Assembly: GCF_006345805.1 (NCBI RefSeq)
Contig: NC_043001.1
Location: forward strand, 10,292,001 to 10,356,000
DNA length: 64,000 nt
Source: Octopus sinensis
Lineage: Eukaryota
Reading direction: 5' to 3'
Shown here: one piece after another, positions 26,766 to 39,226 of the stretch
Layout: every line of letters begins with the position of its first letter
Numbering within the stretch: position 1 is the stretch's first letter
Position numbers and translations under genes: made by a program
Notes under the pieces: model-generated
Databases searched by the model: none
Seen by the model: the letters and a program-made list of their open reading frames with translations, nothing else
Told to the model about the DNA's origin: nothing

Positions 26766-27137
26766 TCTCTCTCTATATAAACGGCAGTTTGTCTGTGCGT
26801 TTTCTGTGTGTCTGTTTTCTCGTACCCTCACCCTGACCACGGCTTTCAACCGATTCTGATGAAACTTGACACACACATAGCCCAATGTCATAATTCAAAA
26901 CTAACGCAGCGAAAATTTTGAAAAGTTCCCCCAGTTCTGAAAAAAATCGATAAATTCGACATGGGGTCGAGAATCAGAAACCCAAACCACAGACCGTCTA
27001 GGGGACGCAACTCCACCTATTTTAACTCTCAAAAAAATTTACCATCATTTTTTTCTCATTTTTTGGCTATAACTCTCTAAAAATGCTTTATAGTTATTTC
27101 CCTTACAAACCCGAGCAACGCCGGGCGATACTGCTAG
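26766..27137 (+). mobile_element. Non-autonomous Helitron
   Basis: A|TC start, the same hairpin and CTAG|T end as 22687-23082, but a different 5' body. Confidence 0.85.
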
Positions 27138-27504
27138 TATCTTATAAACCCTATAATTGGCCCTTCTCGTGGAGCCACTTGGAGTAGGCCTTCACTATGC
27201 CATGCATGTTGCTCATTCATGGAGCTCACAGTACATACATGTTTCTTTTCATTGTTACAGTCTTGTTTCGAACACTCTTCTTTCTAGTTACATCTTGTAG
27301 TATCAAACAGTTTCTTGAACATAGACTTAATCTTCTTATTCGGAATTCATTCATTCGCTCAGTTAAACTGAGGTGGGATTAAAGTCTTGCTGTTCAATGT
27401 ATATTTAAAGATGAGTCAAACTGATAAATTTGTAAACAATGCTTTGATTCATGTCAGAAGGTTCGTTGTTATCTTTTTCCCTCAAATTGTGTTCAAATAT
27501 ATAC

Positions 27505-28209
27505 TCTTTTACTCGTTTCAGTCATGTGACTGTGACCATGCTGGAGCACTGCCTTTAGTCGATCGAGCAAATCGACCCCAGGACTTATTCTTTGTAAGCC
27601 TAATACTTATTCTATTGGTCTCTTTTGCTGAACCTCTAAGTTACTGGGACATAAACACACCAGCATCAGTTGTCAAGTGATGTTGTTGGGACAAACACAG
27701 TCACACAAACATATACACACACGTACATATATATACATATATATATATCATCATCATCATCGTTTAGCATCTGCTTTCCATGCTGGCATGGGTTGGACGG
27801 TGCAACTGGGGTCTGGGAAGCCAGAAGGCTGCACTAGGCCCAGTCTGATCTGGCAATGTTTCTACGGCTGGATGCCCTTCCTTACGCCAACCACTCCATG
27901 AGTGTAGTGGGTGCTCTTTACGTGCCACCGGCCCAGGTGCCAGATGAGGCTGGCAAACGGCCACGATCGGATGGTGCTTTTTACATGCCACCTGCACAGA
28001 GGCCAGGCGAGGCTGGCAACGGCCATGATCAGATGGTGCTTTTTACATGCCACCGGCACAGAAGCCAGTCGGGGCGGCACTGGCAATGGCCACGTTCGGA
28101 TGGTTCTCTTATGTGCCACTGGCACTGGTATCACATCTACAATTTCCATTGATGTTGATCGATTTTGATTTTGATTTTGATTTGATTTTCCCTTGCCTCA
28201 ACAGGTCTT

Positions 28210-28245
<36 letters not shown>

Positions 28246-28416
28246 CATATATTCGACAGGCTTCTTTCAGTTTCTGTCTACCAAATCCACTCACAAGGCA
28301 TTGGTCAGCCTGAGACTATAGTAGAAGACACTTGCCCAAGATGGCAAGCAGTGGGACTGAACCCGGAATCATGTGGTTGGTCAGCAAGCTACTTACCGCA
28401 CAGCCACTCCTACACC
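27505..28416 (-). mobile_element. SINE family A split by a family B insertion (27749-28210)
   Basis: A 3' half 27505-27745, B 27749-28210, A 5' half 28211-28416. Confidence 0.85.
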
Positions 28417-29313
28417 TATTATATTAATGTTCATGTAAAAAAATCTCTGCCATTAATTTACACTACATTCTTATTCTTTGAAATTTATTCTTATCCGTGT
28501 GGAGAATTACAGGACAGCTTAAACATAAATATAAGCTTGTTTTGGGGATCTCTGACCAAAGATGATCCAGTTGTCATAATCTCATCCGCATTAACCAGTA
28601 TAATTCCTCCATTTTTAAGACTAGTCTGTTCTTTGACAAAGACTTTGATGCTATTGCTACCACAAAAGGTTTTCTTAAGGTACAGCAACAATTGTTTCAC
28701 CCTTAGTTAAGTTGCCAAGTGAATTCCAAATGGTGTATTTTGAGAAGACAAATGGTATAAAACATGTTTACCTTGGAAAGAGTGGGTGTATATAGTTAGA
28801 TTCATATCAGTTAATTCATTTTTGTTGTTTGCTTTCCAATTGTTGTTTACAAACATTCATATTATATACAGTGTGTGTGTGATGGAGACAACGTGATCTT
28901 TTTGCCTCTTATCTAATAAAGTAAATAACTTCATGATTTAAAAAAATTGTTCCAGTAAATCTGTTAAAATATAATTTCTCATTATAATCAATAGAACTGG
29001 AAAAAAAAAGAAATTTTAGGTACAGATAAGAATTAATTTCCTAATACAGACAACAAAGAAAATATATATTCGTGTATCAGTAATGAAAATTGACTGAAAA
29101 AAATCCTTTTGCAGGGGAAAAATATTTTAATCTACTTTCTAAAATTATATTATTCCATTGGTTATCAGAAGCTTTTGTAGAGTTTCTGGAATATATGTCT
29201 TCAGGATGACAGATTCTATCTATGGGTATATATTATAAACGGATAAGCTCTAAATCGTAACTTTCTAATTTACATTTATTTTTTTTTTAAAGATGTCTCT
29301 ATATTTGAACGGT

Positions 29314-29359
<46 letters not shown>

Positions 29360-29361
29360 TG

Positions 29362-29659
29362 CATGATCAACCAGGCTGTCAGATGTTGTTACACATCGCT
29401 GGTCACAATGCGCTTCGCATTATTTTAGCCTTCAAATGACACCACCCCGCTGGCTAAGCGAGCAGGTCAATAGAAGAAAGAGTGAGAGAAAGTTGTGGCA
29501 AAAGAGTACAGCATAGATCACCACCACCCCCTGCTGAAGCCTCGTGGAGCTGTAAGTGTTTTCGCTCTATAAACACTCACAACGCCTGGTCTGGGAATCG
29601 AAATTGCAATCCTACGACCGCAAGTCCACTGCCCTAACCACTGGGCCATTGTGCCTCCA
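29362..29659 (-). mobile_element. tRNA-derived SINE, family D
   Basis: Minus head TGGAGGCACAATGGCCCAGTGGTTAGGGC...GATTCCC; matches 44335-44642. Confidence 0.85.
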
Positions 29660-31313
29660 TATATATATATATACTGACCCAGAGATGATTTCCTCTAAAT
29701 AAGTGTCATTGTCTCTATTGTTAATAATATTTTACTTCTCTTCAATAATCGGTTAAAAAAATATACTTCAATTACTGAGTTGTGCTGAAGGGTATCTAGT
29801 AATAAAAAATTGTTATTCTGAATGTTTATGTCAATTTCTGGATTTGCTTAAGCATTTAACCCATTGCAATGGAAAAGAAAATATGGTGCTGAAATATTTA
29901 AAATGATTATTAAAATCACAGCTTCAACAAAACTAAATAAAGTTTATTGTTAAAACTTAAGCGTTTTGCTTCAATGTTACCATTTCCTATATAAAAAAAA
30001 TAAGTGCTTTATCATTGATATATATATTAACATTGTGATATGACTTCAAAAGTTTTCTTTATCTATAATTACAACAGTCACTATCTTAATGACAAGGGGG
30101 CATTAGTGATTAATATCTTGGCTTCAAAATCATTTTTATCGCATAGAATTGCTTGCACGGTTCTTGTTTGTGGAAGCTGCTGTTTTTATTATTTTAATGA
30201 CTAATACTCAATACCATTCAAAGTATATCTTTATATTACCTGACAAGCTTATCACAATTTCCGCTATAACTATCAAAATGATGGGCCCTGTATTTGTGAA
30301 GTATTTCTTTGAAGTTTTAATGTTCCTGGTAGAACTAAGGAATATAAGTGAAATGAAAGACTTTTCATGAGTTTTGGAACCTAGGTGAAAAGAAAAAAAC
30401 CCATCAAACAATAAACAGCTGTATCTTGATAATTTCATGTGTTATTTTCACCTTTTTATTTTGTGAAAAATTGCACAGATATCCTGTTTTTTTAGCCTTA
30501 ACTTGAACCTAGCTATGTTTCACAAGTACAGTTGACACCTAAGGTGTTGCTATTTGGAGCCTCTTTGCTTCACCTGTCACACACAGATTATTTTAAAATC
30601 TATTTGGTTGGCATTCGTATTGGTTCTGTTGTTACTATGAACATAGGAAAAATGTAACTCTTTTATTTCTTTCACATGGAACTGATAAAGCAGCTTTGAA
30701 ACCATAAAAAAAAAAGAGAAACATCTAAAAAATATATTAAATATTTAGCATGTGCACTAGAAAACTGAAATATTTTTTTCAACAGTTGTTTTGTAATATC
30801 TGCACTAGTTTTGCAATGTCATACGAAACTTTTATCAGCTGACTTGTGATATAATTTGTGGCTTGTATGTAATCATACTTAATTTTGCTGTGAAGATTGC
30901 TTGAAATTAGAAGAAATTAGAATACAAGTTAACTGGAATACATGATAAATGTCTTGTTTATCCTAATTCTGTTTTTGTTTTTTGTTTTAAGGCCTCAAGA
31001 CTTAGTATACACCTGCAAATACTTTTGATTTAGGCACAACCATCTTATAATGATTCTGTCACATGCAGACTATGATTATACTTTGATAAAGCAGCCATTT
31101 TTAATTACACCATCACACCTGACAGCATATCTTCACAGTGAGAGACTAAGTATGTAAACATGTGTAGTCTTGCTGTAAAGTTTATGAGAACGTGTGACCG
31201 GGAATGAAAGTATTATGGTATCATCAGATAAGTTTATGCTAATATATTTAATGCATGGAATATCACAATGTTAGCTAGGAGAGCACTGAGGAAAGAAATA
31301 AAAATAATAGTCG

Positions 31314-31510
31314 GAGATGTACTTGCATAGCAAGTGATTTGATCTGAGATCGTGTGCTGGAACGAAAACAATTGCAGCGTGGAAGGTGTTTGTAAGCCAT
31401 TTAAGAAACACACAAAAGCCGTTCAATTCACTTCAACATTTAAGTTTAATTTGTCAAAATATTTTCGTCGCTATAAGACTGCGACCTGTTCACTGACAAA
31501 AATCCGTGCC
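31314..31510 (-). mobile_element. About 200-bp interspersed repeat (family E)
   Basis: Near-identical to 3535-3735; carries a hammerhead-like motif. Confidence 0.75.
31450..31500 (-). ncRNA. Putative minimal type I hammerhead ribozyme with G3-C8 core swap
   Basis: TTTGTCA|GTGAACA|G|GTCGC-AGTCTTATA-GCGAC|GAA|AATATT|T|TGACAAA: 7-bp stem I, 5-bp stem II, palindromic helix III. Activity untested. Confidence 0.6.
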
Positions 31511-32294
31511 ATCAATAATTAATGTTATTTTCACAGCCACCCCTACAGAAAATAGTCTTGGGTAGACTTGGGATCTATTCTAACCTTCCTAGTAAAGGAC
31601 AGCTTGCCTAAATAGAAATGTAAGAGATACTTAACATACAAGGTTATATATTTGTGGCAAATTTTATTAATTAAATATCAGTGATGGCATTTTTTATTGT
31701 TTTCTTGAGAATTTGAGTAATATAAAAGATTCTAAATAAATAGTTCTGTAAAGTTGTAATACCCTCTCCCCTAATTCTTATGATTTGATGCTTTCAGTTT
31801 TTACTCTACCAAATATTTTGAGGTTTCTATTATTCCATTTACACAAGTAATTTTTGTAAAAGTATATATTTCAGTTTAGTTCAATTATGGAGATTTTTCT
31901 TTGACTATTTTTTTTTTTCTGCTGAGTTGTTACAGCTTCTTGCAATCTGAGTTCAAATACCATGAAGTTCAACTTTTCCTTTCATCTATCCAAAAGATTT
32001 AGGTTCAAGTTTCAAGCATAGTCTTCAACTTTTTACTTCCAAAAGAATTTTTAGCCCAATATTTTTTACATGCTATTATTAATGTATTAGGTAATACTTT
32101 GAGTGAAACAGTTGAAGAATAATGTATAAACTAAATATTGGTGTTGATTTAATTGACAGCTTATCTCCACCAACACACAAGGGGCTAACTTGATGCGGTA
32201 AACGTTGACTTTCCACCTACTGTCAGGTTCTCACAACAGATGTGACATAGCTGTTAATTTAGTTAATGTTGTTGCATTAATATTATCTAACTGT

Positions 32295-32712
32295 AGGTGG
32301 TGAGCTGGCAGAAATATTAGCACACTGGGTGAAATGCTTAGCGGTATTTCATCTGCTGTTACGTTCTGAGTTCAAATTCCGCCGAGGTTGACTTTGCCTT
32401 TCATCCTTTCGGGGTTGATTAAATAAGTACCAGATACACACTGGGGTCGATATAATCGACTTAATCCATTTGTCTGTCCTTGATTGTCCTCTCCATGTTT
32501 AGCACCTTGTGGGTAGTAAAGAAATAGGTATTTCATCTGCTGTTACGTTCTGAGTTCAGATTCCACCGAGGTTGACTTTGCATTTCATCGTTTCGGGGTT
32601 GATTAGATAAGTACCAGTTATGTACTGGGGTCAATGTAATCAACTTAATCCCTTTGTCTGTCCATGTCTCTCCTCTCTATGTTTAGCCTCCTGTGGGCAA
32701 TAAACAAATAAA
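32295..32712 (+). mobile_element. SINE family C, partial head-to-tail dimer
   Basis: A full unit followed by a second unit starting at ...AAATAGG|TATTTC. Confidence 0.85.
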
Positions 32713-33074
32713 TAGTATTCAAGTATACCACCCTATATCATTACCAAAACACACATTATAAATCCACCCCACATAACATAAACTCATTCTTTTTTTAAAA
32801 GTGGACTCTATTAAGAGAAACAAAAGAAAACAATTTCTTTTCCTTCGCACTTTCATAACTGATTAAAACAGCATGTGAATATACACTTTTTGGATTGAGT
32901 GGTGCTATATTAGGTGCTAATGTGTTGTTCATTTATTGTATGGGGAGAATTCAAATGCTGTTTTATGGCTCCAAATGCCTTTCACTTCTATTAATAAATT
33001 GTTGAGTTTTAGATTTGTCTTCAAATTCCAGTACATTGTTAGTTTATAAAACTGCTTCATGAATGTTGTTGTTG

Positions 33075-33235
33075 TTAGCATACCTGTGTGCTTTGCAATC
33101 ACCTTGGTTCCTGGTTCGATCACATTGCATGGCATCTTGGACAAGTGTCTTCTATTATGGTTTTGGCTTGAGCAGCTCATTGTGAGTGAAATTTGGTAGA
33201 TGGAAACTATGCAGAAGACTGTTGTAACAGATGAA
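33075..33235 (+). mobile_element. Degenerate family A head
   Basis: GGTTCGATC...CTTGGACAAGTGTCTTC...GGTAGATGGAAAC. Confidence 0.6.
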
Positions 33236-34362
33236 GATTTGATTTCTGCCACATTGTATTATGTGCATGTGCATCTTTTTCTGATATGCATCACTGAGTA
33301 GAGCAATAAAACCAAGACTTGGGACACACCAAATTTTAAATGCAGCCAAACTCAGAATATGAACTACTAACTTAATGATTGCTTAGTCCTAGGTCAGCCT
33401 TGATCAAGTTGATCTCTAATTAAAAACATTCCAGTTTTGACCATTCTGTCTTTTATTTAGCCTTAATTTGTCTCTGACTACATTAACCAAAATATACCTA
33501 CTTTCTCAAGATGCTAAAGAATGAGTTAACCCTTTAGTATTGAGATTATTCTGTCAAATGTAATGCTTATGTAATTGAATTGTTTTGAATTAATCATGCA
33601 AAGACATCGTAAAATTTTGAGGATGTAGTTGCTTATTCTTAGAATGACATTGTAGGATAAGTGTGCAAAGCCAGATCTGACCAGTTTGAACATAGAACAG
33701 GTAGAATATTTGGGCTGGGTATGGCCGGTTTAAATGCTAAGGGTTAAGGGAAATTTCTTTACTATTTCCAGCATGCTGAGAGACTGCATGGTAATTTTCT
33801 TGAAGTACACTGTCTTTCATAAAAATATTATTCTCATGAACTCTGTCATAATTCATTATTCATATCGTACATTGGCTAACTATAAGAAAAATATCTTATA
33901 GATCTAATATTTTGCTGATTTTCATGAAAAATCAATCTTGAATATCAAAAGTGGACACCAATATAATTTTTAACATTAGATTATAACTTAAGTTCCCAAA
34001 ATGGGTGAATCACAAACATTATTCACCTCCAACAAAATCTAATAAAATCACTTCAAAGAAACATCGAAGTATGATAACATGAAATATATCACTATTGATG
34101 AATTTCTATAGAAATAATCATTGCTAATTTTAAGGAAATTTGAATTATTTTAAAGATAGACTGCACAAACCATTGGAATAAATACATGTATAATACTGCT
34201 TTCTTTCTATCATATGATTTTCATACTATATCAGAAATTATTGCTATCAAATATTTTCCTCAATATTTCCTCTCTTTTCTTTAAAAATATTTGAAGCATG
34301 AGATACTATGATATGATTTGTTTAGAGAGTAAAAATTGTGTAATTTTTTAAAATTTCAAATA

Positions 34363-34535
34363 TTGGTTAAATTATAAAATAAGCATACTTTTGGATGTTC
34401 AATCTTAGCTAAAACTTAACTTCGGTTAACTGTCTTTAAAAACTAATTCTTGGTTAAATTATAAAATAAGCATATTTTTTTAATGTTCAATCTTAGCTAA
34501 AACTTAACTTTGGTTAAGTTAAAAATTAATTCTTT
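34363..34535. repeat. Tandem duplication, about 87-bp period
   Basis: TTGGTTAAATTATAAAATAAGCATA...GTTCAATCTTAGCTAAAACTTAACTT occurs at 34363 and 34450. Confidence 0.85.
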
Positions 34536-35014
34536 AATTGTAGGAAAATTTTCTGCAACTAGGAAAGCAAAATTCAAGAAAATTTTTGTCAATCTTAATT
34601 CTTTTAAACAAAATTAACAATTTATTGCTAAAAGAAATCTTAACTGCTAACATCCTAAGTTTATATTTGATATCGCATTTCTCAAATTTGTATATTTTGT
34701 TCATCTTATTTAGATAACTTCTACTTAATTTTTTATTAATTGGGATATCTTAAGTGTACAGGTTTTAACTCAGTAGGTTCAACAACAATAATCTATTGTT
34801 GTTGTTAAGTTATATCAGTTTCTTATTTTGTTGTTGTTGTTGTTTTTTTTATTTGTTGATACAAAAAGAAATCTTCATGATAATTTTTAACAAGTTTATA
34901 CTGCTTTCACGATGACAACAACAAAGAGGAAAGTGTTTGTTGTAACTGAATATATTAGCTTTGTTACTGTATTGAACCCTATTCAGGTTTATATACCTTC
35001 TTCTTTTTTTTTCT

Positions 35015-35592
35015 TCTTTTACTTGTTTCAGTCATTTGACTGCAGCCATGCTGGAGCACCGCCTTTAGTCGAGCAAATCGACCCCGGGACTTATTCTTTG
35101 TAAGCCTAGTACTTATTTTATCGGTCTCTTTTTGCCGAACCGCTAAGTGATGGGGACGTAAACACACCAGCATCGGTTGTCAAGCAATGCTAGGGGGACA
35201 GACACTGACACACAAACACACACGCATACATATATATATACATATATATGACACGCTTTTTTCAGTTTCCGTCTACCAAATCCATTCACAAGGCATTGGT
35301 CGGCCCGGGGCTATAGCAGAAGACACTTGCCCAAGATGCCATGCAGTGGGACTGAACCCGGAACCATGTGGTTGGTTAGCAAGCTACTTACCACACAGCC
35401 ACTCCTGCGCCTATGTATATACATATATACGACAGGCTTCTTTCAGTTTCTGTCTACCAAATCCACTCACAAGGCATTGGTCAGCCCGGGGCTATAGCAG
35501 AAGACACTTGCCCAAGATGCCACGCAGTGGGACTGAACCTAGAACCATGTGGTTGGTTAGGAAGCTACTTACCACACAGCCACTCTCGCGCC
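35015..35592 (-). mobile_element. SINE family A plus an extra 5' half
   Basis: Full copy 35015-35411 and a second head at 35424-35592. Confidence 0.9.
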
Positions 35593-35599
35593 TACCTTG

Positions 35600-36021
35600 T
35601 AGCTATTCACTGTTGAAAGAGGCCAGGCAAAGCAAGTCCACCAGGAAGCTGATGATAATCCTCTTTGTCAACATCAAGGGTTTCACCTACATCTACTGGG
35701 TTCCCTCTGGCCGAATGGTCAACAAAGGGTATTTTGTGGAGGTTCTGAGGAAGCTTTGGAAGAGATTTCATTGCAAAAGGACAGAGCACCAGCACCAGTC
35801 CCCAGTACTATCCTGGTAACCAAATACTTGACAGAGATGGGCATTAGAACTGTTTCTCACCTTCCCCTACAATCCAGACATTGCTCCCTGCAATGCTACA
35901 ACAGAAAAGTGCACCAAAGTCAGGGAATCCTACTTTCAAGGAGTTTAGAGTTTTGTACTTCTTTGAAATTAATAAATGTCTCACCTGAAAATGTCTCAAA
36001 ACTTATGGAATGCACTTTGTA
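35600..36021 (+). mobile_element. Decayed mariner (DD34D-type) fragment with right end
   Basis: KLMIILFVNIKGFTYIYWVPSGRMVNKGYFVEVLRKLWKRF, then ILVTKYLTEMGIRTVSH and PDIAPC in shifted frames; ends AAACTTATGGAATGCACTTTG|TA. Confidence 0.8.
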
Positions 36022-36654
36022 TTTCTGTGTCATTAGGAAAAGCAGGTATTATATAAAAAAACACGATTTTGACTTAAATAACAACAAATCCCACCTCAAG
36101 ACTGTTTGTTTTTTTTGAGGGGTGAGTGCTAAAAGTACTTGGAAACTACTTTGTCTTTACAGCAAAACAAAGGTATTTTAACTTGATTATAAACTCTGAC
36201 ACATTTTAAACTGTTTAGGGTTTCTTCAAAGTGAATATTGTATGAAATGATGCAGGTTTTCTTTGTGATTTCCTGCAATCTTAGATCAACGGCTCTGAAA
36301 CTGACAATAATTGTAACATTTTGTACCCCTTCTTTTCTCTTTATTAATGAGAAGACAAATTAGTTTGCATCAATGTAATTTGTCTGTCTTCGTAGTTTTC
36401 GGTGAGTTTAAAAATCTTAAAACAATCTGTATATTAATACAACAGTACATTCTTACCCAACTAGCTTTTGCATTATACTGGAGGAATTCAAAGGAGAGAA
36501 AAAGAGAAAAACCAAAGAAAAAAAAAATAGCAAATAAGAGATAATAATGGTAAATGGTGATGGTAGTGTTTGTTGTTGGCAGCCATGGTTGTATTTGTGG
36601 TGCCAATGATGACTTCTTGCACTAAAACACATGTCAAATCATAGTGTGTGTGTG

Positions 36655-36835
36655 TAGGGAGAATTCAAACAAAAAAAAAACAAAAGATGAAGACAGGTGG
36701 TGTAGACAACAAACAGATGTATTAATTTAACGCTTGGGAAGTGTGAAAGTCTTTAACGTTTCGAGGCCACACTCTTCCACAGAAAGGAACAAGGAGAAAA
36801 AATAAAGAATGTGTAGTGGCTAGCAATCTATCATT
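36655..36835 (-). mobile_element. Penelope pLTR-like repeat (family F) with hammerhead-like motif
   Basis: Homologous to 40533-40732, has the CTCGAAACGT motif, and abuts (TA)n. Confidence 0.65.
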
Positions 36836-37890
36836 ATATATATATATATATATATATAAATAAAATCGCAATTCAAAAACTAAATTATTCCCTGTCAGCT
36901 TTTTTTTACTACTTACAAAAGACATAACCACCCCCTCCATTAACTAACCCCAAAATTATCATCACAATAAACTATTACATTTCTCAGTGTGTATGAGTTT
37001 TGCTATGACTACACACCTGTATTGAATTGGTATTTCATTCGTTTTTGTTTCCAGTATTTCATTGCAAAAGGCCAGAACACCTGCAATCCAGATCTTTCAC
37101 TGTTTACCATTCCAACTAACATTTGTGTCAGTTTTATTTTTCCATCCCCTACTCCAATCTCTTGCCTGTCGTTCATCACTCTCCCTTATTACAATGACAG
37201 ATGACTAAAGTTATTAATATTCTTTAGTCTTATTTTTATTAAGTGTTTCGCCATCCTGTCTATCCACCCCTTTGAGAAACATCGATCATTCATATTTACA
37301 TATCACCAAAATTACATATTAACTCAGATTAGGAAAATATTAGTTAGGATTATAGTTGATTCTTCCATCTAAAGATGGTAGCATGTTTTTTATTTTTTCA
37401 CTGATCCCATGTCATTGAATCGCAGCCAGTTTGGTACTTCTTTTATTGATCTCTGCCTGTTGAACTGTGAAGTTGCAGACATAAAGGGATTCAACATCAC
37501 CAGTGCAAACATAATCCGTGTAGAGTTGCGAATAAGATGAAATAGGCAAAATCTTTATAGAATTTATTGTTTAATATCTAAGTAAGCATAATAGACACAT
37601 TACACAATTAGTATAACACACATAGGCACAAAATTCCTGATCTGTTCATATGTTAGGGTTTGGTTATGTTATTTTTTGCATGTACATTTTTATTAATCCT
37701 TCTCACTAGAAAGGGCTGCAATGAGGAATCCTTCATAATGATAGGCAGATGCCATCAGTTTGGTCAAAAAATAATATCCTAACAAAAGATGTTAGTGTAG
37801 TGTGGTTTCATTTCTAATAAAGATTTAAATGAGCATATAGCCTCTCTCTTAAAAGGAACATGTGAATTTCAAAAGTGAAAGCTAGATCAA

Positions 37891-38312
37891 AGAGTGGTTG
37901 TGTGGTAAGTAGCTTGCTTGCCAACCACATGGTTCCGGGTTCATCCCCACTGCGTGGCATCTTGGGCAAGTGTCTTCTACTATAGCCTCGGACTGACCAA
38001 AGCCTTGTGAGTGGATTTGGTAGACGGAAACTGAAAAGAAGCCTGTTGTATATGTGTGTGTGTGTGTGGTGTGTGTGTGTGTGTGTGTGTTTGTGTATGT
38101 ATGTTTGTGTGTCTGTATTTGTTCCACCCAACATCGCTTGACAACTGCTGATGGTGTGTTTACGTCCCCGTAACTTAGCAGTTCGGCAAAAGAGACCAAT
38201 AGAATAAGTACTAGGCTTACAAAGAATAAGTCCTGGGGTCAATTTGCTCGACTAAAGGCGGTGCTCTAGCATGGCCACAGTCAAATGACTGAAACAAATA
38301 AAAGAGAGTAAA
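37891..38312 (+). mobile_element. SINE family A
   Basis: Full-length copy. Confidence 0.9.
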
Positions 38313-38563
38313 ATAGTAATTGTTAGTTCAGTTCATTATTGTAGTAGTAGTAGTAGTAGTGGTAGTAGTAGTAGTAGTGTACTCATGCACACACATACAT
38401 CATCTTCATTTGAATATTCATGTTCCATATATGGATGATTTGACAGGATGTGATGCATTCAAAGATTGCACCGTATTCCAGAGCCTGGCTTAGCATGGTT
38501 TTTACAGTTTAATGCTCTCCCTAATACCAACCACTTTACACCACACATATAGATATATGTATG

Positions 38564-38597
<34 letters not shown>

Positions 38598-38841
38598 ATA
38601 TTATTCAAAGGAATTCCTACTCTGTCTATTTTTTATGTTTTATTTATATTCTTTATAATATTAATGTAGAATATATAGTATAAATAATATATATACATAT
38701 ATATATATATAAATATATATATATAGTAAAATGAAATGAAGTATTGATTGTCTTATTGAATAGATGAAATGTTTAATATCAAATATTAAGGGACTAGTAT
38801 ACTTTCATGCATTATAGCAGTCTTCAAGGTCCCAGGTTCCC

Positions 38842-38880
<39 letters not shown>

Positions 38881-39029
38881 AGCTAGAGAAGAAGAAGAAA
38901 TGAAACGAATCGAATCGAATCGACGCGAGGGCGCTCACTCATACAATAGTGTAATATATATACATATATACACATACATATATCTATGAGTGATAAAGTA
39001 TGGTTAGTAATTACACATGGTTGAATATA

Positions 39030-39199
39030 CAAGGAAAGAAATACGATGGAAAAAACACAGAAGATTTATTTTATGAGACTGAAGAATATATTCAAATTGT
39101 CATGGCAATGTACAATACTTTTGCCATGACAATTTAAATATATTCTTCAGTCTCGTAAAACATATCTTCTGTGTTTTTTTCATCTTATTTCTTTCCCTG
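39030..39199. mobile_element. Fold-back MITE, Tc1/mariner-type
   Basis: 79-bp inverted arms (7 mismatches), 12-nt loop, CA(A/G)GG termini, TA on both sides. Confidence 0.8.
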
Positions 39200-39226
39200 T
39201 ATGTGTGTGTATGTATATATATATCT

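Noticed and set aside
27850-28140. Regularly spaced GGTGCTTTTTACATGCCAC motifs resembling a CRISPR array
   Set aside because: The intervening sequences are homologous subrepeats of family B in a eukaryotic context, with no unique spacers.
28351-28710. Overlapping ORFs on both strands (119 aa and 69 aa)
   Set aside because: The 119-aa ORF starts in a SINE head; neither has a recognisable domain.
35187-35819. Longest ORF in the track (210 aa)
   Set aside because: It reads through two SINE A heads into a mariner fragment; it is not a gene.
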